Source: the human T2T-CHM13v2.0 reference genome, Homo sapiens. Taken from it: DNA of 64,000 nucleotides. Below, in pieces: positions 1 through 20,505 of this stretch (positions are counted from its first letter, which is position 1; every line of letters begins with the position of its first letter). The position numbers were made by a program, and so were the translations under genes. The DNA lies in the NCBI RefSeq assembly GCF_009914755.1, contig NC_060928.1. The stretch is one strand, 5' to 3'. Below the pieces are notes generated by a model. That model made no database searches and was not told where the DNA came from. It was given only the letters and a program-made list of their open reading frames with translations.

Positions 1-26
1 AAAAACATAGAATGATGAATATCCTT

Positions 27-424
27 GTATTAGTTTGCTAGGGCTGTTATAACAAAATATCATAGACTGGGTGACTTAAAACAACAGTAGTTTATTTCTC
101 ACAAATCTGGAGGCTGGGAAGTCCAAGGTATCAGCAGGTTTGGCTTCTTCTGAGGCCTCTCTCGGCTTGCAGACGGCCACCTTCTTGCTGTGTCCTCACG
201 TGGCCTTTCCTCTGGGTAGGTTAATCCCTGGCATCTCTTTGTGTATCCAAATTTCCCTTAGAGGACACCAGTCAGATTGGATTAGGGGCTACCCTCATAA
301 ACTCATCTTAACTTAAGCACCTCTATAAAGCCCCTATCTCCAAATAGGGCCACATTCTGAAGTACTGTAGGTTAGGACTTCACCATATGAATTTGAAAGG
401 GCAGGATACAATTCAGCCCATAGC
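27..424 (-). mobile_element. MLT1 (MaLR) solo LTR
   Basis: Starts tgtattagtttgctagggct and ends caattcagcccatagca, resembling the reverse complement of MLT1A-C. Confidence 0.7.
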
Positions 425-1036
425 AATCCTCCATTTAGCAGACCAGGTTCTGACATTCCTTTAACTTCCATATAATGCAGGAGGAGACATGACCACAAAC
501 GTCTGGTGAGAGATAAAAGTCAGGCAGAAAGTAGCGCCCTCTGCCCTGCAATCAGGAACCACCCTGTGTTATGTGCTTTGCTGCATGTCACTGTTGATCT
601 GTCAGGCTCCAAAGTCTACCTATTGAGGCCAATAATATCTACCTGACCCTCTCACATTGGCATCTTTTAAAAAATAGTTTTATTTCTACTGTTTATAAAA
701 TACATGCTCATTGCAAAATAGAAATAAAATGCTAGTGAATAATACAAAAGAAAAAAAGGATCGCCTCCAAAACACACCCAGTGATAGCCACTGTTACCAT
801 GCTGGATATATGTCCATCAGAATGTTTTCTCTATACAAACAACTTGTATGCTTTTAATATAAAAAATAGAAATCATAATATATACTCTTTTTCAGCTTTT
901 AAAATTGCATATATTTCAGATGTACAATGTGATGTTTTGATACACATGTGAACATGGTCCAGCATATGAACATATCTATGCCCTAACGTAGTCAGCTTTC
1001 GTTTTCTACTTAACATCATGGACATCTCTCCTTTCA

Positions 1037-1239
<203 letters not shown>

Positions 1240-1848
1240 ATCCCAAAATTTAGGCTGGCTACCCCACCTGACCCCAAGACTAGATTGTACTTAGATTCAT
1301 TGGAACATGGTAGAAATTTCAGGACCAAAAGCAGCAAAGACCACTCAGTGCTAAGCAGAGTTCAAGCATTTGCCCCTACTGTTTGCAACCCTCTGCCTAA
1401 ATGTAGGATACCAAATGTTGCTGAGCCTCAAGTTAGGGAAACTCTCTCAGTGATCTGGGAGTAGACAAGGGGCCTCTGGTATTCTGCAGGTCTGTTTCTG
1501 CAGGCCTGCGGAGATTGTCTTTCCAAGGTGGGAGCTGCCCTTACCTCTTTAATTTACTTTCCTCCAGGCTGAAATTGTGAACCTTGGCCACTCCCAATTA
1601 AAATTCTCTTCTCTCATTTGGGACACTGAAGGGCATCTTTCACCCCCAGCTGTCAAATAGAAACATAGAAAGCAACTCAACATAGCCTTCAACAACCAGG
1701 AACTGTAGAAAAAGAATTTGCAAACATTGCACATTCTCCTTTGTTGCTTCAAATATGTGGTATCTTCTAGGAACTGGGCCCAGAGGTGAGTGAATAAGAA
1801 AAGCAGATGTTTGTCCTAGTCTGTTCATTCCATCTCCAAACAAGATAA

Positions 1849-2549
<701 letters not shown>

Positions 2550-2693
2550 TAGGTATTCCACTGCCTAATACAAACTGTGTCATAACTTATCTCTTATTGA
2601 TAGATCTTTGAAGTTATTTCCAAATTTATTACACAATACGTCAATGAACATCTTATACATATATTTTGCATTCTTGTCTGAATATATTTTATT

Positions 2694-4076
<1,383 letters not shown>

Positions 4077-4931
4077 TTAAAAATCCAGTCTATCACATAA
4101 GTATTTTATATATATTAATTTGTTTAATCCTCTCAACAATTCCCTGTTGCTATCTTCATTTTACGGGTAAAAAAACAGAGACACAGAGAGGTTAAGCAAT
4201 AGCTCAAAGTCACACAGCTCATAAGGGCAGAGCTGAAATGCCTGATTTTAAGACCAGGAGCTCTAGCTCTATTGTCCATGCTCTTTTAAGACAACTAAAG
4301 GGGACAAGGGAATTTGTGGTGGAAAACTAGGACTGGTATAACCAGGCCCCACTTTCCAAAGGCACAATCACCACCACTATGACTATATCACCCTCATTTT
4401 ACCCCAATTAGGATCAAATCTCACCCACCCACTTACTGATATTTTAGAAGGGCAAAAGAAAGAGGTAAGGGAAAAATGAAGATGAAGGTGAATGAAATGA
4501 AATGAAAGTTACCAAAAGCCCAAAAGGATAAGTCATTTGCCACTTCTTACTTCAAAATTGTTAACAAGAGATAAAGCATAAGCACTGCCCAATTCGATGC
4601 CAACTAGAAACTGCTGCTCTACCTGTACTGGTGCCCTCTGGCTCAGAATCAGCCCTGTCCTTAGCCTTGCCCTCCAGAGTAGATACCTTTTTGTGGAACT
4701 ATTGGAGAAAGAAGGTATTTTTTTTTCTGAGTTTGCCGAGAGGACAAACTACTGGCAGGTATTTTGTTACCTCTAGAGACTGGCTTGTCTGAGAATGAAG
4801 CCACTGTAGAGGAAAGCAGGCAAGACAGGAAACAGGCAAACCAATTCTTTGACACTTTTGAGCTCCTGGATCTAGCCACGTCTGAAGTCAAATATGACCT
4901 AGATTTTCAGTTGTGTGAGCTAACCAATTCC

Positions 4932-5339
4932 TTTTTTTTTTTTTTTTTTTTTTTTTTTGAGATGGAGTCTTGCTCTGTCGCCCAGGCTGGAGTGCAGTGG
5001 TGCCATCTCGGCTCACTGCAAACTCCGCCTCCCAGGTTCAAGCAATTCTCTGCCTTAGCCTCTTGAGTAGCTGGGATTATAGGCACCTGCCATCACGCCC
5101 AGCTCATTTTTGTATTTTTAGTAGAGATGGGGTTTCACCATCTTGGCCAGGCTGGTCTTGAACTCCTGATCTCATGATCCACCCACCTCAGGCTCCCAAA
5201 GTGCAGGGATTACAGGCATGAGCCACCATGCCTGGCCATCAATTCCCTTTTTATGGATAAGAAGTTAAGCTGAATTTCTAATATTAAAATAAAAGAATCT
5301 TATATACCCACAAAGTCTTCCTGTCTTTTTTCTTTTATC

Positions 5340-5370
<31 letters not shown>

Positions 5371-5862
5371 GGGTATCACCCTGTCACCCAGGCTGAAGTG
5401 CAGTGGTACAATCATATCTTACTACGACTTCTAACTCCTGGGCTCAAGTGATCCTCCTGCCTTGGCCTCCCAAATCTTCCCGCTTTTAAAGTCAATTCCA
5501 AAGAAGCCATCATATACCCTACACAGGAAGAGGAAAAGGCTTGTATTTAAGAAATGAGAATTGGCCAGGTGTGGTGGCTCACACCTGTAACCCCTTTGGG
5601 AGGCTGAGGCAGGAGGATCTCTTGAGGCCAGGAGTTTGAGACTAGCATGAGCAACATAGCAAGACGCTGTCTCTACAAAAAAGAAATAAAATAGTCAGGT
5701 AACATGACATAGGCCTGTAGTCCCAGCTACATAGGAGGCTGAAGCAGGAGGATCTCTTGAGCCTAAGAGGTCGAGGCTGAGTAAGCCACAATTGCACCAC
5801 TGCACTCCAGCCTGGGTGACAAGAGACAGACTCTGTCTCAAAAAAAAAAAAAAAAAAAAAAA
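4932..5862. mobile_element. Alu cluster: AluS - (4932-5237), partial Alu - (5330-5473), AluJ + (5563-5862)
   Basis: Alu consensus with poly-A/T tails; TSDs caattcc and aaatgagaat. Confidence 0.88.
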
Positions 5863-6779
5863 ATGAGAATCAACTTAAGAAAAGCAAATGAAGCTCATGA
5901 GGGATGATACGACTTTCCTAGGCACCAGCTCTTGAAATTATCACCCCTTCCACCCATCCTCACAGCCTCCAGTTTTTAGAAAAGCATGAATAAGAGCAGA
6001 GGAGGAACTGGCCACCAGGATGCATGGAGAGACACCAGCATACTAAGTCTCTTAGGTCTCCACTAAAAAGATTTAGTGCTAGAAAGCTTCAGTGAAGTCT
6101 CCTATTCCTAAAATTCATTGCAGCCATAAAAGCACCGCCGTATTTTCATGAGCTATTAAAACAAACAGTTAAAAATAAAGTCCATTTGGTATCCAATATC
6201 CTTCACACGACTATATTTTTTCATGTATTTGTGAAGCAAAACAATTCATTTAACTGCAATACATCTCCTGTAACTGATTCAGATTTCCAGTCTATTTTGC
6301 ATCCTGAAATAATAAACTGCAATTTCTCCAGCCATATAATTTATAAATTACATACACACATCACGACATTAAATACATTCTCTTAGTTTCTTCTCTTCAG
6401 TTTTCTCAACTGGTGTTTTATTTGGACAATTGATGAAATCACAAATGTTGAGCACCAGAGGAGTAAGAATAGTATAAAGGGAGGCTATTAGTATTTATTT
6501 GATACCTATCACATCACATGTTTTTTTTTTTTCACTTAATACTGATCCTGATCTTTAAAGCAATTGTTATTGTTCCCATTTTTCTGATGGAAAAGCCAGA
6601 AAGTGAGTAAGTTACTTACCCAAGTTTAAACAGCTATAAAATAGCTATGGCAGATACTGTTGGTTGCTTGTCTATAACCATTTTTCTTCTTCTTCTTTGC
6701 TGGCTGAACATGCTTCTCATTAAAGAAGTTGAAAATGCTGGAAACTCAAAAAGAAGGAAAATGCTGGAAACTTTTTTAA

Positions 6780-7670
<891 letters not shown>

Positions 7671-7699
7671 AACTTTAGCTTTTCAAAATCTGTCTTCGT

Positions 7700-8660
7700 A
7701 GACGATAATGGAAATATCTACCAAAGCTAAATATTCACCTACCCCATGACCCAGCAATTTTACTCCTAGGTATATATACCAAAAAAAATGAGTGTTCTGT
7801 GTCCACTAGAGATATGTGCCAAAGTGTTCATAATAGATCCAAACTGGAAACAGCTCAAATGTCCATCAATAGCAGAAAGATAAACAAATGTTGGGATGTT
7901 CAGAGCTTGAAATATGACACAATATAAAAGGACAAACTATTAAAACTCACAACAGCATGGATAAATCTTACAGACATAATTATTGAGCAAAAGATACCAG
8001 AAACACAAAAGTATATACTGTCTGATTCCTTTAAATAAAGGTTAAGATGATTCTCCCTCCTGCAGCCTTGTGAAGAAGGTGCCTTTCTTCCCCTTCGCCT
8101 TCTGCCATGATTGTAAGTTTCCTGAGGCCTCCCCAGCCATGTTGAATTCTCATTGTCCCTGATAAAATAGCACCCTCTCTTCCTCTGCTCTTCCACCCTT
8201 TTCCTCTTCCGCTGTGCAACTGAAGACTGGGAAAGAATGACATGCAAAATAAGAGGTTTTGGATTCAGCGTAGGACTAACTACTGGATGCTACTTACAGA
8301 AAACTTTATATTTGTGCTGAAAAATCTTGTTATCTAGGTGAAAGCCAATGCTATCCTAATGACAAAATTGTTGGGGAAATAAATTTATAAGAGACTTTAT
8401 TTAAAGAAATAAAAGAAAAAATAATAAAGCTTAAGACAAAAAACTAATCCATTTTGGTAGACATCAGCACTTACCTCTGAGAAGGAAAATGGTTACTGAT
8501 GGGGAAGTGGGAGGCATAAGGGAATCTTCTGGGTGATGAAAATGTTCTATTTCTTGATCTGAATTGTAGTTACTTGGGTTTAGACATATGCTTAAAAATC
8601 GTCAAGTTATGTGTTTAAAACATGTGCACCTTACAGTATATAAGCCACACTTCAATTTTT
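7700..8660 (+). mobile_element. Old L1 (L1ME-like) 3' region, interrupted at 8048-8422
   Basis: atgacccagcaattttactcctaggtatata...aaactggaaacagctcaaatgtccatc...aaaatgttctatttcttgatct are typical of an old L1 3' end. Confidence 0.7.
8048..8422 (+). pseudogene. Processed retrocopy of a spliced MST/THE1-LTR-initiated transcript
   Basis: TSD aataaaggttaaga (8034-8047) / aataaagcttaaga (8423-8436). An LTR fragment at 8048-8148 stops at the LTR splice-donor position. It is followed by unique sequence, AATAAA at 8378-8383 and an A-rich tail at 8403-8421. Confidence 0.7.
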
Positions 8661-8789
8661 TTAAAGGTCCCCACAACATTGTTGTTTTCAAGGAAGTACA
8701 GGAAATATCTTTTACTCTGTGTTAATTCAGGGAAGTTATCTCCATAAGTGCTTTACAAAATAATCTTCATAATATAGTAGCACCATTAA

Positions 8790-9500
<711 letters not shown>

Positions 9501-9813
9501 GAATTTGCCTAAATAGAACAGAAAAGGCTGTATGTGCAAGACAGTTACTGCAGGTTTTATAATAGTAAAAAGCTAGAAAAAAACTAATTATTCAACAGTA
9601 CATAATTAAGCAAATTAAAATACATATATTCAATAGGATATTAAGCAGCCATTAAAAGTCATACTTAAGAAAGCTTATGATATAATTTTCACTGAGGTAA
9701 AACTGAATAAAAGTTGCATGTACTTTAAGAATACAACCACGAAAAACAAAGCTTTTTAAACTTATGCACAGAGAAAGGAAAGGCCAGAAAGTGTTTGTAT
9801 GTAAAGACCATTA

Positions 9814-11878
9814 GTATGTGTTGTCTGTGATTTTTTTCAGCTGTGTTTTGTAGCTTTTCCTTGTAGAGGTCTTTCACCTCCTTGGTTAGGTATATTCCTA
9901 AGTATCTTTTTTTTTGCAGCTATCGTAAAAGGGGTTGCATTATTGATTTGATTCTCAGTTTGGTCGCTGTTGGTGTATAGAAGAGCTACTGATTTGTGTA
10001 TATTAATTTTGTATCCAGAAAACTTTCCTGAATTCTTTTATCAGTTATAGGAGCTTTCTGGAGGAGTCCTTAGGGTTTTCTAGGTAAACAATCATATCAT
10101 CAGCAAACAGCGACAGTTTGACTTCTTCTTTACCAATTTGGATGCCCTGTATTTCATTCTCTTGTCTGATTGCTCAGGCCAGGACTTCCAATACTATGTT
10201 GAGGAGGAGCTCATGGATAGGTAGAATCAATATTGTGAAAATGACCATACTGCTAAAAGCAATCTACAAATTCAACACAATTCCCATCAAAATACCACCA
10301 TCATTCTTCACAGAATTAGAGAAAACAATTCTAAAATTCATATGGAACCAAAAAAGAGCCCACATATCCAAAGCAATACTAAGCAAAAAGAACAAATCTG
10401 GAGGCATCACATTACCTGATTTCAAACTATGCTATAAGGCCATAGTCACCAAAACAGCATGGTACTGGTATAAAAACAGGCACATAGACCAATGGAACAG
10501 AAAAGAGAACTCAGAAATAAACCCAAATACTTACAGCCAATTGATCTTTGACAAAGCAAACAAAAACATAAAGTGGGGAAAGGACATCCTTTTCAACAAA
10601 TGGTGCTGGGATAATTGGCTAGCCACATACAGGAGAATGAAACTGGATCCTCATCTCTCACCTTATACAAAAATCAACTCAAGATGGATTAAGGACTTAA
10701 TCTAAGACCTGAAACTACAAAAATTCTAGAAGATATCATTGGCAAAACCCTTCTAGACATTGGCTTAGGCAAGGATTTCATAACCAAGAACCTAAAAGCA
10801 AATGCAATAAAACCAAAGATAATTGCTGGGACTTAATTAAACTAAGGAGCTTTCTCATGGCAAAAAGAACAGTCAGCAGAGTAAAGAGACAACCCACAGA
10901 GTGGGAAAAAACCTTCACAATCTATATGTCTGACAAAGGACTAATATCCAGAATCTATAAGGAGCTCAAACAAATTAGCAAGAAAAAAAAAATGATCCCA
11001 TCAAAAAGTGGGCTAAGGACATGAATAGACAATTCCCAAAAGAAGATATACAAATGGCCAACAAACATAAAAAAATGCCCAACATCACTAATGATCAGGG
11101 AAATGCAAATCAAAACCACAATGTGATACCACTTTACTCCTGCAAGAATGGCCATAATCTAAAAATCGAAAAATAGTAGATGTTGGCATGGATGTGGTGA
11201 TCAGGGAACACTTCTACATGGCTGGTGGGAATGTAAACTAGTATAGCCACTATGGAAAACACTGTGGAGATTCCTTAAAGAACTAAAAGTAAAACTACCA
11301 TTTGATCCAGCAATCCCACTACTGGGTATCTATCAGAGGAAAAGAAGTCATTATACGAAAAAGATATTTGCACACGCATGTTTATAGCAGCACAATTCGC
11401 AATTGCAAAACCATAGCACCAACCCAAATGCCCATCAATCAATGAGCAGATAAAGAAACTGTGGTATGTATATATGATGGACTACTACTTAGCCACAAAA
11501 AGGAATGAATTAACGGCATTCACGGTGACCTGGATGAGACTGGAGACTATTATTCTAAGTCAAGTAACTCAGGGATAGAAAACCAACATTGTATGTTCTC
11601 ACTCATAAGTGGGAGCTAAGCTATGAGGATGCAAAGGCATAAGAATGACACAATGGACTTTGAAGACTCAGGGGGAAAGGGTAGAAAGGGGGTGAGGGAT
11701 AAAAGACTACAAATAGGGTGCAGCGTATACTGCTCGGGTGATGGGTGCACCAAAATCTCACAAATCACCACTAAAGAACTTACTCACATAGCCAAACACC
11801 ATCTGTTCCTCAATAACCTATGGAAACTTTAAAAAAAATGAAAAATAAAAAATAAAAAATCATCTAAATTGGAAAAAC
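9814..11878 (+). mobile_element. 5'-truncated, 5'-inverted L1 (L1PB-like): inverted ORF2 9814-10209, sense ORF2 end plus 3'UTR 10210-11878
   Basis: Sense ORF2 peptide [11 protein letters not shown]...[16 protein letters not shown]; the RT FADD motif reads on the minus strand in the inverted part. Poly-A tail and TSD aaagaccatta / aaagaccgtta. Confidence 0.9.
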
Positions 11879-14681
11879 AAAGACCGTTAACAACGTCTGA
11901 CTCTGAAGAGTGTACTTTAATAAGGTGGGGGTAGGAGTTAGGATAGGTGAGGGGTTGGAGGGAGGATAGGGACTTTCATTTTTTGCTTTACAAATTCGGT
12001 ATTTAACTTTTTTTTACAATAAACATGCATAATTTTATGATAAAAATTTTAACTAATTTGTTAAAAAAACTAGAAGAAAATTTACAAAATATGATTGTCT
12101 TTAAGTAATGGGATTTGGAAGATTTTTTGATGTCTTCTTTCAGCTTTTCTATGCTTCCTAAAATTCCTATAAAAAAGCACTTGTTTCTTTTTATTGGTGG
12201 GGGCGAAGTAAATTTATTTCAATGAGTTGATGCATTTGAAAGCGCTCTGGAATCTGTGAAGCACTTCAATTATAAAAAGTGATTTTATTACTATTATTGA
12301 AAATATTAAATGCTGGCAATGGCATTTTGTAATGGCAGAGGCAGATCCTCTATCCACCTGTCCAAGCACCCAGAATGGCTGCAGCCTCCACCTTCCTGAA
12401 AGTGAGAGGGAGGTTGGATAAACCACTACCTGCCCACCTGGAACAGTTGTAATGCTTAGGAGTTTTTCTGGCTGGACTTCAGGTGTTAAACTGGAAAATC
12501 ATTTCTTGAGGCTGTGTTTCTCTGCCCTGGCTGCACATTCGGATCACCTGGGGAGTTTTTTAACAGCTGCACCCCCAGAGATTATTGCTTAGGGCAAGAC
12601 ACCTTGGGATTTTTGAAATTCTTCCTAGTTGATGTCAATAAACATGCGATGCTGTGGATAAACTCTAAGGTAGGTGCAGGGAAGAGTTTCAAACTCCTCC
12701 GGGAAAGTTTAACCAAAAAACTGAAAAACATTGCTTTCCTCAAACCAACCTGAGTTAAAAAATAAAAAAGTAAGAATTTTAATCACCAATTATATATTTA
12801 CAGTTTACAAAGGTCATGGGCAGAGATAATGCCTTTTGATGATCTCATTTGATTCTGGTAACGCATGTAAACTGCTAACAGATATAACCACCTAGAGAAT
12901 TCTGGACAGTAAGTGAAGCAGAAACCATTATTTACATTTTGCCCAGGAGAGAATTGAAAGGGAACAGTTCAGAGTTTCCCAAAATCAAATTACCAAAGAT
13001 TTGAGCCCCAATACTCATACCTGCAACTACAGCATGTTGTTACCAGGAACTGGCTTATATCTTGAAGTTGCCAATTTCACTACAACAGAAGATTTGAGGA
13101 AGCCCCTTGCCTGCCTCCATCCTACTCATACCCAGAGCATAAAAAACAATAGAAACATATTGTGCATGGAGTTGTGCTATCACCCAATAGCTCTGCCTAC
13201 CACAGGGCTTGGACACATAAGTAAGTGTACGTTGAATGAAACAATGAATGACTATCTTCTACAAGATAACATTTGATCCCCATTTTACAGAACAGGTAAG
13301 TAAGACTCCAGCAGAGAAGATAACATATCCGAGATCACAAAACCTGTAAGAGACAGAGCTAGAATGAGGGGGAGCTCAGGACGGCTGACTTTGTACTCTT
13401 CTCCTCCATGCTACTACCAACTGTAGTTTTTTAAAGACTAAGCCCCAAGGACAATGGCCGTAGAAACAATTTATGTAGAAACTCCTCTCTAGATATGATA
13501 CACAGATACTATAATAGGAGGAATATTGAATAGGAGTTGGCAACAGTGATTTTCTATTATAATGTTTTATTGAAAACAATTTATTTTACATAAGATTTAC
13601 TTCCATTATCCTTAGTCTGACTAATGACAATCTTCTGAAATGATTTTTTTAGAATTATTTTGCTTCCTGAAAAATTCACATAATATAGTATGTGACAGAT
13701 CACCATAGTCATATATTTAGATTCACAATTACTAGATACAAATAAAACATAGCTAGAGAGACGACATCATACATGCTTTTAATCAGGAAAGAAAAGGACC
13801 TCTCCAATCAATGTCTTGCAAAACCATTAACCAAAGTCCTAAACTGAAGCTCAAATAATTGAAAAATGAAAATGATCTATCTACTCGTGACAGGGAGATT
13901 GCAGTTTTATAAAAATGTTGAATGCACGTATGGATGAAAGGGATTGACACTGTCATTTAGTAATTGGCTAACTATCAGTCATAGACAAATGTGAGAAATA
14001 ACTAAGCTAAGAGCAGAAGTCAGAATTTTCTCCATTGCTGTCAAGAGGCCACAACATGTTCATTCAAAAGTTTGATGTTTAAATCATTAGTTACATGGAA
14101 TAGAATTGACAATGGTTAAAGGTATTACAATTTATCCATCCGTCCATTCATCCATTTATCCATCCATCCGCTGGGTTTAACCACATGAAATTTCCCTATT
14201 TCCCAATTGTACTTAATGCTTATTAAACATGCTACCAGGTTTAACACACCATGTAAGGTTTGGAGAGTAAGGGTTAAATGAAAAACACTCTCTATCTCTG
14301 CAAATCTCCAATGGGGGGAGGGGAGGAAGCACACACGACAACTATTTATAGAAGAGTTACGAATGTACAAAGTGCTATGGGATTGTATTGACATATATGC
14401 ATAGAAAGAACATAGAGCAAATTGTCAGCAGAAATGTGGTTGGTGGGAGTTTATGAAATTATTTTTCCTTTTGTTTAGCTCTATCTTTAAAACTTTTAAT
14501 TTGATGAACATGTATTCTTTTTATAATTAAAAATTTTTAGAAAATGTACTATGGAGGTTGCAGAATTGATGGCTATGAATAGATATGTGTAAGATAAAGG
14601 ATTTGAAAGTTAAAATACATGAAGCAATCTAGGTAAAATGATAAGTCAGATGCCAGACCATCTACCAAAGTAGAACTCTGA

Positions 14682-14965
<284 letters not shown>

Positions 14966-14974
14966 CTTTCTCTT

Positions 14975-15023
14975 TATATATATACATGTACACACACACA
15001 CATATATACACACACACACACAT

Positions 15024-15060
<37 letters not shown>
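14975..15060. repeat. Compound (TA)n/(CA)n microsatellite
   Basis: Seen directly in the sequence. Confidence 0.95.
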
Positions 15061-15061
<1 letters not shown>

Positions 15062-15069
15062 TTTTTTTA

Positions 15070-15502
15070 AGTAGAACTTCCTGACCCACAATCTGTAGTA
15101 ACCAACCCATTATCTCTAGCCAACAGCCCAGGAAGCTAAACAATAACCCCTCTAGCCATTGGCCCAAAATGGCCAAGACTTGATTAATAACTGCCAGCTT
15201 CCCTAATTTTAATCCCTGCTTCCAACTCAAGGCCAACCAGAGAAAGCCAAATATTATACCCGAATCAATCACATAGGATGCCCTCTTTCTGGTTAGCTGC
15301 CTCCAACTTCTCCTGCCAACAGCCTCCCATTAGGGTGTACCTGAAGCCTTCCCTTTTTGTTACTATGAAACTTTCCCACCCCTCTGCCTGCCTTTGAGTC
15401 TCTGCCAAATACAAGTGATGGTGGCTGACTCCCTTGCTATAACAAGCTGTAAATAAGGAGCTTTTGCCTGCTCTCGTTTGAGTAGGTCTTTGTTTATTTC
15501 CA
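15070..15502 (+). mobile_element. Probable old ERV LTR fragment (family unassigned)
   Basis: LTR-like motifs (ccaatc, aataa near the 3' end); family not recognised with certainty. Confidence 0.4.
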
Positions 15503-15587
15503 TGGAAGAGAAGATAAATAGAATCAGGAATGAGCTTAGCACATAGAATGCAAATGGCAAAGTCTTATACATTTACGAGAAATGTGA

Positions 15588-15966
<379 letters not shown>

Positions 15967-17784
15967 TATTTTACTTCTTTTAATTTCCTTCTTCATACAT
16001 TATTTCAGCATGCTTTACTCCCAACCCCTTAACCTGGGAAGGAAAATTAACAGCCATTGAATACCTCTGCTTTGGTTTGAACTTAGAAGGCTGAATCAGA
16101 ATCAGAAGGTCTCGGAACCAGATTCAATTGCAATATAAACTCCATGAGGGAAGGAAGCATGTCTGTTCAGCCTCTCACCATGTGTCCAGTTGAATGATTG
16201 AAATCAACACATGGAGGCATCCGACACATCAGCACCATATGGTACCTGCAACAAGACAACCCAAATGACTAGATCATATTAAAAACCTATCTTGCTTCCC
16301 TGAAATTACTGAACCAAGACACAGTCAGAGAAAATCTGTGGTCCAGCATACCAAATATGGCCCAAGTAGACTAGCCACACAGAAGACAAAGATCAGCTCA
16401 TCATTCCCTAGTAATTTGTCCTATGGTGCTCAGTGCTTAGATACAGCTGTGTTTCTAAACTCCATCTTTCTCTTGTTCTCACTGGATAGTAAACATGAAT
16501 TGCTGTTAATAATAATTTTCCACTGCACATCCAGAACAATCCATCCAGAGAAAATTGGAACTTCTTCTTTACTGAGGTCCAGTCCCATCAATTTGATGCT
16601 CATTTTATAGAAAGGCCATTGAGCAAAATTAATGTACTCAAACAAATAGAGTTTGTCCTTGTAGCTGATTCAGAGTATGACAGGAAACAAAAGGGCTGCC
16701 TTAATGGCCTCCTCTGGGAAATTTATTTTCAGAACATTGAGTTATTTTCTCCTACTCTATCAGATTAGATTAAAATCTTTTTTAAAAAAGAAAGAAAAAT
16801 AAAACTTAGTTGTCTGTTTTCATAGAAATCACTTTGAGATCTAGCTCCATTTAAATTCTCTTGTTATTGTCTAAGTCAAATAATGTTACAATCTGAGTTA
16901 TTTTACTTTCCATTTTCTTTACACCACCCCTAGCATGGTTTTTCCCCAGCCCCTTAACCTGAAAAAGAAAATTGGGACCCACACATGCTCGGAATGAAAG
17001 TATTTGAGCCTTTTAAAGATACTACTATACCTTGCCATGAGAGAATGCATTGGACTGTTATCCAAAAACTGTGGTTTGAGGTGTTTTTTTGTTTTTTGCT
17101 GTATTGGACAGGTCAATGATGTTATCTGCCTCACTCTCAATCACAAGGAAAGAAAAAAATGCCTCCCCTACAATCTCCATGGAAAAAACATGTTATATTC
17201 CACATGACCTGCCTTTGTCCTCCCACATCATAGCTAATTGTCTGCAAAAGCAGCCAGCCCTTGGGCTAACCTATGGAGTGGCCAGACATAAAAAAAAAAA
17301 AAACCATACCCAAACAGAAAAGAATGTAGCCAAAGGAGCCAACCAGAGTAGCGTCGTCAGAAATTAGGATTAGAAAATATAGAAGAGAAAATCAGTTGGG
17401 TAGCAATAAGAGATGATAAAAATTTGCAAAGAGAAGGCATGTGCAAGCTCATCTTCCTGTTAAGCAGTAGCCATCAGGAAGGCATGCACAGAAGGTGGGT
17501 CACTGGTAGATAGCAGCAACAAGAACAGAAGCAATAGGGCAGAGCTGAGTCCTCAGGATGGCAGGGAACTGGTGACATTTTGCTGCTCAGGAACAAGGAG
17601 AAAACCTAGTTCCTGGTCAGGTTTCCTTCGGGCCTGGCTAGATGGCAATTCTTGTCACATGAGCTTTCTATCATCCTTAACGTGTGTGTCTAAAAAGAAA
17701 ACAAGGAAACTCCCCCCAAAAATCCTATTACTTGCAGGAACCTGAGTGTGCCTCTCTTTTTTAATACAAAAGGGCTGAGCATAA

Positions 17785-17820
17785 ACACACACACACACAC
17801 ATACACACACACACACACAC
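17785..17820. repeat. (CA)n microsatellite
   Basis: Seen directly in the sequence. Confidence 0.95.
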
Positions 17821-18387
17821 TCACCTACCTCTAAAAAATAAACCTCATCACATCTGGATATTCTTAACCTTCCAGCACAAAGAGGAGTAGCAAAGTGGAG
17901 AAGAGCCCACATTTACAGGCAGGAGTTGCGAGTTCTAACCCAGCTTAACTACTATTTTTGATGTAGTCATGGATAAGGGGCTTATCATCTCTAAACCATT
18001 ACTTCAACTAGAAAATGGAGTTGGATGAGATACATTCATTTGGTAAATATTTACTGAGTGTCTACTATGTGACTAGTTCTGTGCTGGCTAATGGGAGCAT
18101 AACAGTGCACTAAGCATGGTTTTTTGGTTCTTCTGGCTTATGTTGTAGTTGGCAGTACAGATAGGTAAACAGGTTATTACAAAATTGTGTAATGTTAGCA
18201 TATGTTGGAGGTAGAGAGTTTTCTTTGGAGCCAAAAGAGGGTACCTAATCTGGATGGGGCAGGAGACCCTTCCAGAGGTCTTCCTAGGGGACATTAAGAC
18301 CTGGATGAGGAAATGTTGGTCTACCACATTGAGTGGCTGGGTATCTTCTGGCTGGACAGAAGAAAAGAAGAAGAATCCATGTGATAG

Positions 18388-20475
<2,088 letters not shown>

Positions 20476-20505
20476 TTAGCTTTATGTGTCAATTTGTGTT
20501 TACAA

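Noticed and set aside
10118-10705. 195-aa ORF
   Set aside because: Chance fusion of antisense L1 and sense ORF2 across the twin-priming junction.
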